A stretch of DNA of 36,743 nt from positions 1 to 36,743 of the forward strand of contig JAYTSD010000015.1 in NCBI GenBank assembly GCA_043745805.1, read 5' to 3'. A program made the position numbers and the translations under genes. This DNA is from Fibrobacteria bacterium (GTDB taxonomy: Bacteria; Fibrobacterota; Fibrobacteria; UBA11236). The notes below the pieces were generated by a model that was given only the letters and a program-made list of their open reading frames with translations, made no database searches and was not told where the DNA came from. Shown here piece after piece: positions 17,385 through 27,458 of this stretch (positions are counted from its first letter, which is position 1; the number at the start of each line of letters is the position of its first letter).

Positions 17385-18554
17385 TTAGGAACGCACCGGG
17401 CCGGTGTAAATATACTCAGGACGAACTATCGGTAAACCTTTGCCACCGCGAGCTTGTTTTCTTTCCCAAACAATTTGGGCAGCAATACCTACGCAACGAG
17501 AAAGGCCAAACAATACGGTATAATAGTCTTCCTCATGTAAACCACAAGCATTGAGTAACGAACCCGATACGGCATCCACATTAGGATAAGGATTGGAAAT
17601 CTTAGGTTTCTGTTTTAAAATTTCCGTGCCCACTTTACGCAAGGTAACCGCTAAGCGAAAGAGAGAATCAGTAGGAACTAATTTTTCACCCAAGGTATAT
17701 TGCACCGTAGCGCGAGGATCTTCAACACGTAAAACCGCATGGCCAAAACCAAACAATACGCCACCTTCAGCCAATAAATTTTCTGCAAATTTTTTCACGG
17801 CCCCTTCATCTTTGGGATCGGAAATGTTTTCTAAAGACTTTTTCAAAAAACGTAAGCATTCTTGATTCGCCATACCATGTAAAGGGCCAGCTAAGGCAGC
17901 CATAGCACCGATTAAAGACCCATACATATCTTCATGGCCGGAAGCCACTGCTTTACCCACGAAGGTGGATAGGTTGCCGCCACCATGATCAAAATGCAAA
18001 ATTGAAAATACGCGCATTAAGGTTTTAAGTTCGGGCTTTGCACCAGGTGCGCCCAACATATTCACAAAATTTTCCATGTATCCTAATTCCGGATTGGAAG
18101 TGATGGGCTCTCCCCAACCGGCGCGTATGCGGAAAATGGCCGCTACAATTTCGGGCAATTGCGCAATTACATTCATGCAATCTTTGCTATAATCTCCCGT
18201 TCCCGAAAACATGCCTAGTGCATTTAATCCTGCAATCAGCCATTTCATGGGATGGCCGGATTTTGGTAAAGTTCGCAAATGATCAATAATGCCAGAATTT
18301 ACTTTAGCATGCGATTTTAATTCGACTTTAAAAGCAGCGAGCTGTGCCGTATCCGGTAATTCGCGATTTAATAATAAATAGATAACCGCTTCAGGTTCTT
18401 TATCGGCAAGGCTGGCAATGGGGTAACCTCCATAGAACAAACCCAACACAGGATCAACATGACTATTAGGACAAGTGCCTACCGGGAAACCACGCATCCC
18501 AGTATCGAGATGCGCTTTGGTAATGGTAAATAGTACTTCGTTTTCATCACTCAT
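17385..18554 (-). CDS. gltA: Citrate synthase
   Basis: HFDHGGGNLS, LAGPLHGMANQ, GFGHAVLRVEDPR and PNVDAVSG; ATG 18554 preferred over 18578. Confidence 0.9.
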   Translation of the reverse strand: MSDENEVLFTITKAHLDTGMRGFPVGTCPNSHVDPVLGLFYGGYPIASLADKEPEAVIYLLLNRELPDTAQLAAFKVELKSHAKVNSGIIDHLRTLPKSGHPMKWLIAGLNALGMFSGTGDYSKDCMNVIAQLPEIVAAIFRIRAGWGEPITSNPELGYMENFVNMLGAPGAKPELKTLMRVFSILHFDHGGGNLSTFVGKAVASGHEDMYGSLIGAMAALAGPLHGMANQECLRFLKKSLENISDPKDEGAVKKFAENLLAEGGVLFGFGHAVLRVEDPRATVQYTLGEKLVPTDSLFRLAVTLRKVGTEILKQKPKISNPYPNVDAVSGSLLNACGLHEEDYYTVLFGLSRCVGIAAQIVWERKQARGGKGLPIVRPEYIYTGPVRS

Positions 18555-18598
18555 GTTTTTTCCCTTATTTCCTTGCAAGTCTAGGCTTAAAGTTTTGC

Positions 18599-19855
18599 TT
18601 ACAAAGCTTCGACAATATATTTTCCAAATTCAGAACATTTCACTTCACGTGCACCGTGCATTTGACGTGCTAAATCGTAGGTTACCGTACCATTGGAAAT
18701 GGCTTTACTAATAGCAGCCAAAATACTTTCGGCGGCTTCGTCCCAACCTAAATGTTGTAACATCATGACACCAGAAAGAATAACTGAGCCCGGATTAATT
18801 TTGTCGAGATTAGCATACTTTGGAGCGGTTCCATGGGTGGCTTCAAATACGGCGGCCAAATCACCAATATTCGCGCCTGGAGCCAAGCCCAAGCCACCTA
18901 CTTGCGCAGCACAAGCATCGGACAAATAATCTCCATTCAAATTCAAAGTGGCTAATACGGAGTATTCATCGGGACGCAAAAGCAATTGTTGAAACATGGC
19001 ATCGGCAATACGGTCTTTAACGAGAATTTTTCCTTCTGGCATTTTGCCAGCATATTTATCCCACAAATCCGCTTCGGTGACAATCGCATCGCCAAATTTT
19101 TCTTTTGCGACTTCATAGCCCCATTTCAAAAATCCACCTTCGGTGTATTTCATAATATTGCCTTTATGTACCAAGGTAACCGAAGGCAGTTTTTTGTCGA
19201 TGGCAAATTGAATGGCGCGAACCACTAAGCGTTTAGAACCGAAAGCAGAAACGGGTTTGATACCCACTGCGCTATCTTCGCGCAAAGTTTTCTTCGGCAT
19301 TTTTTGTTTGATAAAAGCAATTAAATCTTTGGCATCTTGGGTTTCCGCTTCAAATTCAATTCCCGAATAAACATCTTCAGTGTTTTCACGGAATATGGTC
19401 ACATTTAATTTCTCAGGTTCTTTAACCGGAGCAGGCACACCTTTAAACCATTGTACGGGACGCACGCAAGCATAGAGATCCAAAATTTGGCGCAAGGCCA
19501 CATTGATACTGCGAATACCACCACCAATAGGAGTGGTTAGCGGACCTTTAATCGCCACTTTATACTCACGAATAGCTTCTATAGTTTCTTCGGGTAACCA
19601 TTCATCTTTACCATAAATGGAAAGTGGTTTTTCGCCGGCATAAATTTCCATCCAGCTAATTTTCTTTTTTCCACCATAAACTTTTTTTACAGCTGCGTCC
19701 AAAACATATTGTGAAGCTTTCCAAATATCGGGACCAGTACCATCGCCTTCAATAAATGGAATAATGGGTTCATTGGGAACCTGCAAAACATTGTTTTTAT
19801 CAAGGGTAATGGCTTCGCCGCTGGAGGGAATTTTAATGTGTTTAAATGCTGGCAT
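18599..19855 (-). CDS. icd: Isocitrate dehydrogenase (homodimeric, NADP-type)
   Basis: [55 protein letters not shown] and VTYDLAR. Confidence 0.97.
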   Translation of the reverse strand: MPAFKHIKIPSSGEAITLDKNNVLQVPNEPIIPFIEGDGTGPDIWKASQYVLDAAVKKVYGGKKKISWMEIYAGEKPLSIYGKDEWLPEETIEAIREYKVAIKGPLTTPIGGGIRSINVALRQILDLYACVRPVQWFKGVPAPVKEPEKLNVTIFRENTEDVYSGIEFEAETQDAKDLIAFIKQKMPKKTLREDSAVGIKPVSAFGSKRLVVRAIQFAIDKKLPSVTLVHKGNIMKYTEGGFLKWGYEVAKEKFGDAIVTEADLWDKYAGKMPEGKILVKDRIADAMFQQLLLRPDEYSVLATLNLNGDYLSDACAAQVGGLGLAPGANIGDLAAVFEATHGTAPKYANLDKINPGSVILSGVMMLQHLGWDEAAESILAAISKAISNGTVTYDLARQMHGAREVKCSEFGKYIVEAL

Positions 19856-19972
19856 GGGAAAAAACCTTTGTGTATTGTATGGAAAAAATATAGCACAAAA
19901 TCGCCCCGAATTCCGGACGAAAGTACTTTTTAAAATGGTTTTTAAAAGGAAATTAAAAAGGAGTTTTTAAAA

Positions 19973-21460
19973 TTAATTCGCTGCGGGTTTCCAGCTGCGA
20001 ATATGCATATACTCAGGAAAAACCTCACTTTTATAAACCGATTTTCCGAGTAATAAACGCAAGCATTCTTGGATGCCTTCCGTAATCGAAGGATGGGGGT
20101 GAATGGATTTCATAATATCATTCAAACCTTTGTCCTGATCCATTAAATGTGCAATGACCATAATAGTACTGGAAGCCTGCGGACCCGCGGCACGCATACC
20201 CAGTATGCGATCCAAGCCATCATCACTAATTAAAATCTTCACAAAACCATCTCCGCGCCGCATCGCTATGGCACGATTCACTAGGGCATTGGAATAATAA
20301 GCCACCCGATAAGGGATTTTTTGCGCTTGGCATTGCTGCTCATTCAAACCCACTGCGGCCACTTCGGGATTAAAAAACATAATGGTGGACATATTGCTGT
20401 AACGCAGAGGATATTTGTTTGTGCCATACATTGATTTAATGGCATAACGCCCTTCCATCTCTGCTACGTTATATAGAGCCGTATGCGCATTTACATCGCC
20501 TACCGCAAAAATATTTTCTTTAACTCTACATTCGGCATCCGTATCAATAGCCCCATATTTGTTTGGAACAATACCCAAATTTTCTAAACCTAAATTATCG
20601 AGATTAGGTTTACGCCCTACGGAAATTAAAGCGGCATCTACTTCGATTACTTTAGAATGTCCATCTTCATAATCTATCACAACTTGTAAGTGATCGGGAT
20701 GTTTAATGATGTCACGTAAAATGGCATTATGATGAATTTCCACACCTCGGTTCTGTAAATTATTATTCACAAATTCACTGATATCGGGATCTTCTATGGG
20801 TAAAATGCGTTTTTGTCTATCCAATAAATGCACTTTAGTTTGTCGATAATTGGAAAAAATCGTTGCGTATTCACAGCCAATTATACCCGCGCCAATAATT
20901 ATCAAGCGTTTGGGAAAAGCTTTGAAACTAAGAATGCCATCAGAGCTGAGAATACGCTCTTGATCGATTTCAATGCCTGGAAATGCCCTGGGCTTTGAGC
21001 CGGTGGCGATCACAAAAAAATCGGCCTTAATATTTTCCTTACATCCATCCGCAGCAAAAATTTCAATTTCATGATTAGAAATAAAATGGGCAAAGCCCAA
21101 TTTTAAATCCACGCTTCCATTCCCTTTCCAATGGTTGGAGGAAAAGGTTTCTAATTGCGAAAGTATTTGATATTGCTTTTCTTTGGCGGCTTGTAAAACC
21201 GTATCGCGCACTTCTTCATAGTTTACGACTAAGCCCGCCGCTCTAAAGCCGCGATCCACACTGGCTGAAATGGCATAATCCTTAGAGAGCTCCCAAAGTG
21301 TTTTAGAAGTCATTGCCCCGTGCATTACACCGGCACCACCTATATTTGTAGCTTCAACAATGCAAACCTTTTTGCCCAAATCAAATCCGCGCATGGCTGC
21401 AGCGAAACCACCGGGACCAGAGCCTATCACGCATACATCGTATTTGTCAATCATGGTCAT
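19973..21460 (-). CDS. Pyridine nucleotide-disulfide oxidoreductase family flavoprotein (Lpd/SthA-like) lacking the redox cysteines
   Basis: GSGPGG, ATGSKP, GAGIIGCE, FAVGD and HPSITE; IGGAGVMHGAMTSK in place of GGxCxxxGCxPSK. Confidence 0.85.
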   Translation of the reverse strand: MTMIDKYDVCVIGSGPGGFAAAMRGFDLGKKVCIVEATNIGGAGVMHGAMTSKTLWELSKDYAISASVDRGFRAAGLVVNYEEVRDTVLQAAKEKQYQILSQLETFSSNHWKGNGSVDLKLGFAHFISNHEIEIFAADGCKENIKADFFVIATGSKPRAFPGIEIDQERILSSDGILSFKAFPKRLIIIGAGIIGCEYATIFSNYRQTKVHLLDRQKRILPIEDPDISEFVNNNLQNRGVEIHHNAILRDIIKHPDHLQVVIDYEDGHSKVIEVDAALISVGRKPNLDNLGLENLGIVPNKYGAIDTDAECRVKENIFAVGDVNAHTALYNVAEMEGRYAIKSMYGTNKYPLRYSNMSTIMFFNPEVAAVGLNEQQCQAQKIPYRVAYYSNALVNRAIAMRRGDGFVKILISDDGLDRILGMRAAGPQASSTIMVIAHLMDQDKGLNDIMKSIHPHPSITEGIQECLRLLLGKSVYKSEVFPEYMHIRSWKPAAN

Positions 21461-21512
21461 CCTTTTTGCTATTAAAACAAATGTAGCAAAGCCTATTCCA
21501 ACCTATGTCAAA

Positions 21513-22133
21513 CTATGTTTTGATTTTATGTCCAAACCACCAGAATAAGCCCGAAATAGCAATCACTATTGTAAATATCAAAAAACCGTTGGATAAGTTA
21601 GTCGTAGTCGCGCCTGTAATCGCATATAAAATGGACATCGGTATGCAACCTGCCAAAGCTGCTATGAACATTGGTCCCCAGCGCATAGGTGAAGCACCAG
21701 CCAGTATCGCCACGGTTTCGGCGAATAAAGGCACGGGGCGAGAAATCAAAACGGCAAGCGTTCCCCATTTTTGCAAAAGCCCATCCGCTTTTATTTTTTC
21801 GGCAGGGGAAATTAACTTTTCTAATAACTTTCCACCACGACGACCCAAATAAAAGCCTAAGCACGTAGCACCGAAGCTACCTAATAAGGAAAGCAATATA
21901 CCATTCCAAATCCCAAATAATGCGCCTTGCGCAATCATCACAATACTAGAGGGTACGGGAAGAAACACATCTAAAAGCAATAAAATCACACCGCCAGCTG
22001 CTGCCCAAACCCTACCCTTTTGCATTAGTGGGGCGGGATCAGTTAAAATAGGGATATGCAAAGCTTCAGTAATGCAAAAGGTTAACAGAAAAAAAGCCAT
22101 TACCGCAGTCATAAATAACCAATAACGTTTCAT
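21513..22133 (-). CDS. DedA/VTT (SNARE-associated) membrane protein
   Basis: LPVPSS...GALFG, FYLGR and SRPVPLFAET motifs; hydrophobic. Confidence 0.85.
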   Translation of the reverse strand: MKRYWLFMTAVMAFFLLTFCITEALHIPILTDPAPLMQKGRVWAAAGGVILLLLDVFLPVPSSIVMIAQGALFGIWNGILLSLLGSFGATCLGFYLGRRGGKLLEKLISPAEKIKADGLLQKWGTLAVLISRPVPLFAETVAILAGASPMRWGPMFIAALAGCIPMSILYAITGATTTNLSNGFLIFTIVIAISGLFWWFGHKIKT

Positions 22134-22156
22134 AAACTCCTCATTTTAACTTGCCC

Positions 22157-22186
22157 ATTTTGACATTATTTCTTTAATGTCAAAAT
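22157..22186. promoter_or_regulatory. Perfect 12-bp inverted repeat in a divergent promoter region (candidate operator)
   Basis: ATTTTGACATTA-TTTCTT-TAATGTCAAAAT; each arm contains TTGACA; TATAAT at 22211-22216. Confidence 0.55.
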
Positions 22187-22244
22187 AATGCCCCAAGCTT
22201 TACATGTTAGTATAATTTTATTCGGATAACAGTGGGAGATATTC

Positions 22245-22541
22245 ATGTCTTTAAATGCCTCGGCTTGCAATCATACTTCACCGGATGATCTTTCAAAAAT
22301 GGCGGAAGACTTACTTAAAAAAAATAATCTTCCCGAAGCCAGTTGGGATGGCTGTGTATTTGGGTTTGGTGAGAATGTGGTTTCGCCGGTTTATCTTTCC
22401 GTCTATATTGAAATTGTTCGACGTGGTGAAAATTGGTTTTCCACAAAAATTGATAGGCGTAAAGTTGCAATTGTACCGGAAGATAATGGATTTGTAATTC
22501 GTGAATTAAGTAAAGCCGCGCAAGAAAAAATCTCGCTTTAA
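22245..22541 (+). CDS. Hypothetical protein
   Basis: RBS GGGAG before ATG; 98-aa ORF filling the intergenic gap. Confidence 0.65.
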   Translation: MSLNASACNHTSPDDLSKMAEDLLKKNNLPEASWDGCVFGFGENVVSPVYLSVYIEIVRRGENWFSTKIDRRKVAIVPEDNGFVIRELSKAAQEKISL

Positions 22542-22586
22542 TTTTTTTCTATAAATCATCTTAATCCACCCGCAGCTGACTTAAAG

Positions 22587-23441
22587 CTAGAGTAACCCAT
22601 AAGTTACTTTGATGGATTCGCACCAAGCGACTTCTTCAGCTTTTTCTCGTTTCGCACAACCCAATTGATAAATGTTTAATTTTTCAGCGAGTGCCGTAAG
22701 GGTTAATATTTTTTGTTCAGGTTTTAAACTATCGAGTGTCAATAATTCCAGTATAGCATTAATTCTTAATTTATCTTGCGCTGGATAAGCCACAGAAAGC
22801 TGATCCGCATGCCCACCATAACGCCGCATATAATTTTTAGGGATTAATCCTACTGGATATTTCGCTGTGATTTTTAGCCATAATGCATAATCTTCACAAG
22901 CCGGATACGCTGGAGAGAATCCATCCATTTCGGTATATAAACTTTTTTCCATCATCATGGAAGAGGGTGTAATCATACAGGCTTTTAAAGAAAGGGCAAA
23001 AAGATCCCCCGCTTGTTTGATATAATGCTGTGGCGGATTGACTCTTACCCCATTGCGAATCCAAATATCTTGCGTTTGCACAATTCTATCCGTGGTATTT
23101 TGCAAATAATCCCATTGGGCTTTTAATATTCCGGGCAACCATTCATCATCCGAATCTAAAAAGGCAACGTATTTTCCATTGCTCATGCTCACCGCATAAT
23201 TTCTTGCCGCACTTACGCCTTCTTGAGATTGTTTATAATAAGCAAAACTACGGTTTTCTTTTACCGTAACGGGAATGTTTCCCAAATATTTTTCCACCAA
23301 GGCCGCAGTATCATCTGTGGATCCATCATCAACGATAATTAATTCGAAATCAATATTTTTTTGCAGAAGAACAGAATCAAGGGCGCGCACTAAAGTATGT
23401 GCTCGATTATAAGTGGGTAGTATAACTGTTATCGCGGCCAA
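22587..23441 (-). CDS. Glycosyltransferase family 2
   Basis: VILPTYNRA, IIVDDGSTD, GVSAARN, FLDSDD and CEDYALW. Confidence 0.92.
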   Translation of the reverse strand: MAAITVILPTYNRAHTLVRALDSVLLQKNIDFELIIVDDGSTDDTAALVEKYLGNIPVTVKENRSFAYYKQSQEGVSAARNYAVSMSNGKYVAFLDSDDEWLPGILKAQWDYLQNTTDRIVQTQDIWIRNGVRVNPPQHYIKQAGDLFALSLKACMITPSSMMMEKSLYTEMDGFSPAYPACEDYALWLKITAKYPVGLIPKNYMRRYGGHADQLSVAYPAQDKLRINAILELLTLDSLKPEQKILTLTALAEKLNIYQLGCAKREKAEEVAWCESIKVTYGLL

Positions 23442-24310
23442 GGTAAAAATTCACCGATAAAAATCACTTCGCGCTCTAAGGTAATGCCACTATTGTCATT
23501 GACCTTTTGAATCACTTCCGAAGTGAGATCATAAATATCTTGCGCGGTTGCGCCACCTGCATTTACCGTGAAATTCGCATGCTTGTCGGAAATTTGCGCG
23601 CCGCCTTTAGTTAAGCCTTTTAAACCCGCTTGCTCAATCAATGTCCCCGCATAATTTCCCGGAGGACGCTTAAACATGCTGCCTGCATTGGGTAAATTCA
23701 AAGGTTGTTTTTCTTTGCGTTTCAGTAGAGTCGAATGCATCTCTTGACTGAGAACGTCCACGTTACCTGGCTTTAATTCCACAGTAGTTTCTAAAATAAT
23801 TTCATCCCAGTCGAAAAAATTTGAATGGCGATACGCGAAACCACAAGCCGCATTATCCCTTATGCGCAATTCTCCTTGGGGAGTACAAGATTTGACTTCG
23901 GCAATGACATCTTTTAACTCTTGTCCAAAGGCACCGGCATTAATAAAGGTTCCACCACCCATAGTGCCAGGAATACCAGCGAGATGTTGTATTCCCGCCA
24001 AGCCACGTTTTACCGACTGTCCCACCAAAGTATGCAAGAGTGCGCCTGACTGGGAGGTAGCGCGCAAGTTATCCCAAGTGATATTGGTAAAAGATCCAGT
24101 ATAAATAATTAAACCGATAAAACCCTGATCCGAAAATACCAGATTCGTGCCTTGGCCTAAAAGAAAATAAGGAATGCTTTTATCCGCTGCCCATTGTAAA
24201 GCTTCAGTAAATTCAAATGTATTTTGGGGTTCGCAAAAATATTGAGCGGCTCCCCCAACCTTAAAAGAGATTAGGGAAGCCAATGGCACATTTTCCCGTA
24301 TATTAATCAC
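23429..24310 (-). CDS. murB: UDP-N-acetylmuramate dehydrogenase
   Basis: FKVGGAA, LGQGTNL, GIPGTMGG...NAGAFG, QPLNLPNAGSMFKRP, KHANF and LEREV. Confidence 0.95.
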   Translation of the reverse strand: MINIRENVPLASLISFKVGGAAQYFCEPQNTFEFTEALQWAADKSIPYFLLGQGTNLVFSDQGFIGLIIYTGSFTNITWDNLRATSQSGALLHTLVGQSVKRGLAGIQHLAGIPGTMGGGTFINAGAFGQELKDVIAEVKSCTPQGELRIRDNAACGFAYRHSNFFDWDEIILETTVELKPGNVDVLSQEMHSTLLKRKEKQPLNLPNAGSMFKRPPGNYAGTLIEQAGLKGLTKGGAQISDKHANFTVNAGGATAQDIYDLTSEVIQKVNDNSGITLEREVIFIGEFLPWPR

Positions 24311-24334
24311 GGGAGAAGTAATAATTATTAATAA

Positions 24335-26452
24335 TTACTCAGCGCGCTTGTTGCCACCGAGCTTCTTGACCAATTCTTCACCCACCATTTTTGGTACGGG
24401 GGAATACTTGAGAAACTCCATGGTGAACTCGGCTTTACCTTGTGTTAAGGAACGCAAGTCAGTCGCATAACCAAACATTTCAGACAAAGGAACCTCAGCA
24501 GAAACAATAGTGAATTGTTGTTCTTCTGTACTTCCTGTGATGAGTCCGCGCTTTTGATTAACTTGACCCATTACCGAGCCATGAAATTCAGTAGGCGTGG
24601 AAACTTCCAATTTCATAATTGGTTCCAAAATAATTGGCTTAGCTTTAGCATAGGCCTCACGGAAACCGCCGCGAGAAGCTAATTGGAAAGCAATATCACT
24701 AGAATCCACAGGATGCATTTGGCCGTCATTAATACAGCAACGAATATTTACAATGGGGAAACCAATTAAAGCACCATTGTTTAAGCAACCTTTAAAACCC
24801 TTATCGCAAGAAGGAATAAATTCGCGAGGAATTACACCGCCCACAATATCATCTTGGAATTCATAATCGACGCCTTCAACAGGTTCAATAAAACCTGCAA
24901 CGCGTGCATATTGACCCGAACCACCGGTTTGTTTTTTATGGGTATAATTGAATTCTGCTTTTTGCAAAATAGTTTCGCGATAAGCCACTTGAGGACGACC
25001 TGTGGTTAAGTCCACACCGTATTCGCGACGCATGCGTTCGATATACACCTCAAGATGTAATTCGCCCATACCGGAAATAATAGTTTGACCACTTTCTTCA
25101 TCTAATTTCACGCGGAAAGTAGGATCTTCTTTCGTAAAGCGGTTTAAGGCTTTAGATAAGTTAGCCAAATGGTCACGATTTTTAGCTTCGATCACCAAAT
25201 CAATAACGGCATTAGGAACATGCATAGAAGTCATGTTAACTTCTAAGGTACCGTCGGTAAATGTGGTTCCCGTTGCACAATCAATACCAAAAAGTGCTAC
25301 AATGTCACCGGCTTCGGCGCTTTGAATTTCACCCATTTCATTGGCATGCATACGTACTAAACGACCCACATTATGTTTTTTCTTGCTGGTCATATTATAA
25401 ATAGGTTTGCCTTTATCTACGCGACCTTGATAAACACGTAAATAAGTTAATTGACCAAAACGACCTTCTTCCAATTTGAAAGCGTAACCTACAAATGGAA
25501 GTGCACTATCGGAGAACATCTCCATTTTTTCTTCATTTTTTTCGATATCTAAAGCGTAGTTATGGTTATCATAAGGTGCAGGAAGTAAATCTACCACGCC
25601 ATCCAATAATTTTTGTACGGCTTTATTTTTGAAAGCAGAGCCCATGAATACGGGAGTTAATTCCATACTCAAAGTGGCTTTACGAATAACGGTTTTCAAG
25701 AAATCTACAGAGATTTCTTTTTCTTCTAAAATCATTTCCGTTAATTCATCGGAGAATACCGAAACCGCGTCGAGTAACATCGAACGACGTTCAGCAGCGG
25801 TTTCTTTTAAATCATCGGGGATTTCGCTGACGGTGATAATTTCACCATTAGCACCGCTAAAGCGATAAGCCTTCATATCCATTAAATCTACAATGCCTTC
25901 GAGCTTGTCTTCAAGACCGATTGGAATTTGCATCATTACGGCATTATGGCTGAGTTTTTCCCGTAACTGCTCCGTTACGCGATAAGGATTGGCACCTTGG
26001 CGATCGAGCTTATTAATAAAAGCCACGCGAGGCACGTTATAACGACGCATTTGGCGATCCACCGTAATCGATTGTGATTGCACACCGGATACACCGCAAA
26101 GCACAAGAATAGCGCCATCAAGCACGCGTAAAGAACGTTCCACTTCAATAGTGAAATCCACATGCCCAGGAGTATCAATGATGTTGATATTGGTTAGTGG
26201 TGCCTCTTTAGGATCGAGATAGAATGGACCTTTAGTCCAAGCTACGCGTGTACAAGCACTTTGAATAGTGATGCCGCGTTCGCGTTCCAAATCCATGGAA
26301 TCCATAGTCGCGCCCACGCCGTCTTTACCCTTGACTTCGTGGATCTGATGAATCATACCGGTGTAAAAAAGAATACGTTCGGTCAAAGTTGTTTTGCCGG
26401 AGTCAATATGGGCGCTAATACCAATATTTCGCAGATTATCTAATGGTCTCAT
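24335..26452 (-). CDS. fusA: Elongation factor G
   Basis: [30 protein letters not shown] and KQTGGSGQY. Confidence 0.97.
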   Translation of the reverse strand: MRPLDNLRNIGISAHIDSGKTTLTERILFYTGMIHQIHEVKGKDGVGATMDSMDLERERGITIQSACTRVAWTKGPFYLDPKEAPLTNINIIDTPGHVDFTIEVERSLRVLDGAILVLCGVSGVQSQSITVDRQMRRYNVPRVAFINKLDRQGANPYRVTEQLREKLSHNAVMMQIPIGLEDKLEGIVDLMDMKAYRFSGANGEIITVSEIPDDLKETAAERRSMLLDAVSVFSDELTEMILEEKEISVDFLKTVIRKATLSMELTPVFMGSAFKNKAVQKLLDGVVDLLPAPYDNHNYALDIEKNEEKMEMFSDSALPFVGYAFKLEEGRFGQLTYLRVYQGRVDKGKPIYNMTSKKKHNVGRLVRMHANEMGEIQSAEAGDIVALFGIDCATGTTFTDGTLEVNMTSMHVPNAVIDLVIEAKNRDHLANLSKALNRFTKEDPTFRVKLDEESGQTIISGMGELHLEVYIERMRREYGVDLTTGRPQVAYRETILQKAEFNYTHKKQTGGSGQYARVAGFIEPVEGVDYEFQDDIVGGVIPREFIPSCDKGFKGCLNNGALIGFPIVNIRCCINDGQMHPVDSSDIAFQLASRGGFREAYAKAKPIILEPIMKLEVSTPTEFHGSVMGQVNQKRGLITGSTEEQQFTIVSAEVPLSEMFGYATDLRSLTQGKAEFTMEFLKYSPVPKMVGEELVKKLGGNKRAE

Positions 26453-26589
26453 GATTACTCTTTATGTGTGAAATTGAAACAAAATGGCCGAATTTCTTGA
26501 AAAGGAGCCGAGAACATAATATAATGGGGGCCTTTCGGCAAGGGCTTATACGGCTTCGATTCGTTTCAATGCTGTTATAAATTGCGAGA

Positions 26590-27144
26590 CTAGCGAGAGT
26601 CGGACATTTTGAGAATAGTAGAGAAAATATTATTGCCTACGCGATAACGCTCTTCCACAATATTCATCAGCTTTTCAATTTCAATCAATTCAGTCTTGGT
26701 AATGGTATCTAGGTTGCCAAGTATTTGTCCTAAAAAACCATCATTCCCTGGAGTTTGACCTTGAAAACGCTTGATGCGTTGACGATAGACGCGCACTTTT
26801 TGATCGGTTTCTAAGCGCTTTTTTAAAAACTCCGTGCTACTAATCATCTCTTCTAAAAAATGGCAAAGCACCACTTCTTCTTCCAGAACCCCAAATTTGG
26901 CATTGCTGCGAAACATTTCCAAATGTTTACGCTTTAATCCGCGAATAGCATCCGAGGCATAGTTGAAGGTGATTTTTAAATGCTCCAAATATTCTTCTAA
27001 GCGACGCACCATTTCTTTGGCCGGAAATGGTTTGCGTTTGGATAAACTTGCTATGGTTTCAAATAAAGCTTTCGATTGATCATAATACGTGTTGCGCATT
27101 TTGCTATAAAAAAAACGGTTTTTTTCGAAAAGATTTAAATGCAT
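26590..27144 (-). CDS. Hypothetical protein (likely helical)
   Basis: 184-aa ORF whose ATG overlaps the upstream stop (TGATG). Confidence 0.7.
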   Translation of the reverse strand: MHLNLFEKNRFFYSKMRNTYYDQSKALFETIASLSKRKPFPAKEMVRRLEEYLEHLKITFNYASDAIRGLKRKHLEMFRSNAKFGVLEEEVVLCHFLEEMISSTEFLKKRLETDQKVRVYRQRIKRFQGQTPGNDGFLGQILGNLDTITKTELIEIEKLMNIVEERYRVGNNIFSTILKMSDSR

Positions 27145-27458
27145 CAGTCGTTATTCTGGGTTTTACGGTTCATCCATACCATTAATAAATCTACTACTTC
27201 CAAATCGAGATGCGCAATATCTGCACCATCTTTTTGCTCATGAAATTCAAAATCCCCAACGGACAAATCTAGAAGTAAAAATATGGCCTCTAAGCCCTCT
27301 AAACCTCGATAAAAACTGCGCTCAATTTTACCCGCTTTTAAATCAATGAGTCCCGCGCGGCGACCGCTTACAATTTCTAATTGCCCACTTTTTTTTCCCA
27401 TGGAAAGAAATTGTAGAAAATCATGTAATGGCGTTTGTGCTAAATTTCCCTGTAACAT
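27144..27458 (-). CDS. DUF4388 (PATAN-like) single-domain protein
   Basis: LQGNLAQTPLHDFLQFL...KKSGQL...G.I...G..A.......GDFEF; TAATG overlap with the rel stop. Confidence 0.8.
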   Translation of the reverse strand: MLQGNLAQTPLHDFLQFLSMGKKSGQLEIVSGRRAGLIDLKAGKIERSFYRGLEGLEAIFLLLDLSVGDFEFHEQKDGADIAHLDLEVVDLLMVWMNRKTQNND

